The notes under the pieces are model-generated. The model ran no database searches. It had not been told where the DNA came from and saw nothing but the letters and a program-made list of their open reading frames with translations. Positions 62,026 through 64,000 of a stretch of DNA of 64,000 bases are shown here, piece by piece. The translations under genes and the position numbers were made by a program. Origin of the DNA: Opitutaceae bacterium (lineage in GTDB: Bacteria > Verrucomicrobiota > Verrucomicrobiia > Opitutales > Coraliomargaritaceae); assembly GCA_051252375.1 (NCBI GenBank), contig JBPOFY010000001.1:128001-192000 (forward strand). The letters are read 5' to 3'. How positions within the stretch are numbered: the stretch's first letter is position 1; each line of letters opens with the position of its first letter.

Positions 62026-62054
62026 TTGATAAAAGAGCTCTAGAACGCTTCAAT
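62026..62054 (+). promoter_or_regulatory. Candidate sigma70-type promoter for gluQ (possibly leaderless)
   Basis: TTGATA-N17-TTCAAT, then 7 nt to ATG 62062; no SD motif. Confidence 0.4.
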
Positions 62055-62061
62055 ACCAAAC

Positions 62062-62928
62062 ATGGGTTCCACATATCGAGGCCGCATCGCACCGACGCCG
62101 ACGGGGTATTTACACCTCGGCCACGCGCGGACGTTTTGGATCGCGATGGAGCGAGCCCGTGAAGCCGGCGGACAACTCATTTACAGAGACGAAGACCTCG
62201 ACCCCCAACGCTGTAAGCCCGAGTTCAGCGACGGTGCGATTGAAGACCTGCGCTGGTTTGGTTGCGACTGGCATGAAGGACCGGATCGCGGCGGACCGAC
62301 CGGCCCCTACAAACAGAGTGAACGCCAAGACATGTTTCTCGATGCGTGGAAGCACTTAAAGTCGGCAGGTTTTATTTATCCCTGCAACAAATCACGTAAA
62401 GATGTCGCCCATGCGACTCAAGCGCCGCATATGGACGATGACGGCGCGGAACAGATTTACCCTGAAAACTGGCGTCCTCCGATCGGCACGGGTAAACATG
62501 CACATAGCCCTGGCGATACCAACTGGCGCTTTCGAGTGCCGGACTACCTGAAGGTCGATTTCGACGACGGTCGCCTCGGTCCTTGCTCTTTTGAATGCCT
62601 GCGCGACTTTGGCGATTTTCTCGTTTGGCGACGCGATGGCGTGCCCGCCTATGAACTTGCCGTCGTGGTAGACGATGCCGCCATGAAGATTTCTGAGGTC
62701 GTGCGCGGCGAAGACCTGCTCATCTCTACCGCTCGCCAACTACTCATCTACAAAGCCCTCGGCCTGCAGCCTCCGGAGTTTTACCACACGCCTTTGCTCT
62801 GCGACACCAGCGGTCAACGGCTCGCCAAACGCAACCGCTCACTCAGTTTACGAGAACTCAGAGAAGCCGGTCATGAACCGGAAGCGCTACGCCAATCCGA
62901 AGACTGGTGGTCCGGCCTAGATGATTAA
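62062..62928 (+). CDS. gluQ: Glutamyl-queuosine tRNA(Asp) synthetase
   Basis: RIAPTPTGYLHLGH, EDLD..R, QSER, GDF...RRDG..AYELAVVVDD, VRGEDL, RLAKR; 288 aa, lacks the anticodon-binding domain. Confidence 0.92.
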   Translation: MGSTYRGRIAPTPTGYLHLGHARTFWIAMERAREAGGQLIYRDEDLDPQRCKPEFSDGAIEDLRWFGCDWHEGPDRGGPTGPYKQSERQDMFLDAWKHLKSAGFIYPCNKSRKDVAHATQAPHMDDDGAEQIYPENWRPPIGTGKHAHSPGDTNWRFRVPDYLKVDFDDGRLGPCSFECLRDFGDFLVWRRDGVPAYELAVVVDDAAMKISEVVRGEDLLISTARQLLIYKALGLQPPEFYHTPLLCDTSGQRLAKRNRSLSLRELREAGHEPEALRQSEDWWSGLDD

Positions 62929-62981
62929 GCCACCCGCGCTTTGAGCTTTTCAGGGACGGCAATTACTCACAGCCTATCGCT

Positions 62982-63803
62982 ATGGAAGAAGAACTACAGC
63001 AGCTAGAGGAACTTAAAAATAAACTGATCCTTTATTTCGTGGAAAATGGAATGCGACTACTGATGGCTATTCTGATATTGGTCATCGGCTTCTGGGTCGC
63101 GAAACGAGTCGCCAACCTGATCCTCAATATCTGTAAAAAGAAGGAGCTAGACCCCACCCTCGCGCGCTTCTTCGCTGGGTTCAGTAAGATTGTGATCATC
63201 GTGTTTGCGCTCATCATGGCGCTCAGCAAGGCAAACATAGAAATCACTCCTTTCATCGCCCTGTTAGGTGCCAGCGCCTTCGGCCTCAGTTTAGCCGTGC
63301 AAGGCCCCATCTCGAACTATGGCGCCGGCATCGTGCTCATTGTCACACGTCCTTTCGTCGTAGGCGACACACTCACACTCAATGACCTTTGCGGCACAGT
63401 CGACAGCGTTAACCTAGGTAACACTCAGTTAATCAACGAAGACGAAGAGCGTATCACCATTCCAAATCGAAAGGTTCTGGGCGAAATCTTCACCAATTCC
63501 TACGAGCACAAAATCGTAGAAGCAGTCGTCGGCATCGACTACAGCGCCGATCCGGAAAATGCGATCGAGTGCATCACCACTGCGATCCAAAAGGTCGAAG
63601 GCATTGCCACCAAACGCGCACCTGACGTCGGCATCGAAGACTTTGGCGACTCCTCGATCAATATCGGCTACCGCGTTTGGGTGCCGACCAATACCTACCA
63701 CCGCACTCGCTATAAAATAAATATGGCAGTCTTTCGCGCACTCGAAGAAGCGCAGATCACCATCCCGTTCCCGCAGCGCGATGTGCACCTGATCCAAAAG
63801 TAG
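62982..63803 (+). CDS. mscS: Small-conductance mechanosensitive channel
   Basis: 3 TMs, LAVQG.ISN..AG, RPFVVGD, IPN, GIDY, FGDSSIN, IPFPQRDVH. Confidence 0.93.
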   Translation: MEEELQQLEELKNKLILYFVENGMRLLMAILILVIGFWVAKRVANLILNICKKKELDPTLARFFAGFSKIVIIVFALIMALSKANIEITPFIALLGASAFGLSLAVQGPISNYGAGIVLIVTRPFVVGDTLTLNDLCGTVDSVNLGNTQLINEDEERITIPNRKVLGEIFTNSYEHKIVEAVVGIDYSADPENAIECITTAIQKVEGIATKRAPDVGIEDFGDSSINIGYRVWVPTNTYHRTRYKINMAVFRALEEAQITIPFPQRDVHLIQK

Positions 63804-63821
63804 TCAGCCGTTTACGGCTTG

Positions 63822-64000
63822 CTAAAATCCCAGTAAGATCGACACCAACGCCAAAAAGCAGCTCAAGGCCGCGCAAAATGGGCGGATCTTATTGAGTGAT
63901 TTAATCGTAATTGGATACGGCACTCGCTTGGCAAAACAAACAGACAGGAAAGTGAATTGCCCCCACCACCAACTCACACCAATCAACGCGCCCAAAGCAA
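63822..64000 (-). CDS. 3' end of a membrane protein (possibly LysE-like), truncated by window edge
   Basis: Hand translation ..ALGALIGVSWWWGQFTFLSVCFAKRVPYPITIKSLNKIRPFCAALSCFLALVSILLGF*; two hydrophobic segments. Confidence 0.55.
   Translation of the reverse strand, partial: ALGALIGVSWWWGQFTFLSVCFAKRVPYPITIKSLNKIRPFCAALSCFLALVSILLGF

Overview
A gene-dense bacterial chromosome segment with about 45 CDSs. I found no rRNA, tRNA, CRISPR array, transposase or integrase. Gene content (Amuc_1098-1102-like pilus cluster, DUF5069-like gene, EpsI, Opitutae-type pilin motif) points to Verrucomicrobiota, probably Opitutia/Puniceicoccales; this is an inference. Housekeeping genes (nrdR, trpG/pabA, trpB, kdsB, polX, menE/menC, guaB, purA, recF, cysteine desulfurase, rsmE, DEAD-box helicase, gluQ, mscS) are interspersed with envelope and secretion loci. 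These are a CHASE2 adenylate cyclase/FecR/O-antigen-ligase operon, a GldAFG-like ABC + DUF4340 + AsmA-like operon, a five-gene type IV pilus-like cluster followed by a 3088-aa acidic metzincin with about 16 PPC-like repeats, and a TamB-TamA pair. Four observations stand out. (1) A four-helix-bundle (IVS-family) gene is enclosed by mutually complementary heptamer arrays inside an operon, and orphan 7/8-mer arrays sit at three other gene junctions, suggesting a repeat-flanked intervening cassette and its scars. (2) A GTAG-type REP doublet is inserted in-frame in a flavoprotein gene. (3) A pilin domain lacking its prepilin cleavage site is fused to the C-terminus of a large exported domain. (4) The giant protease has a candidate C-terminal sorting domain. 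All family calls come from motifs recognised by eye; no searches were run.
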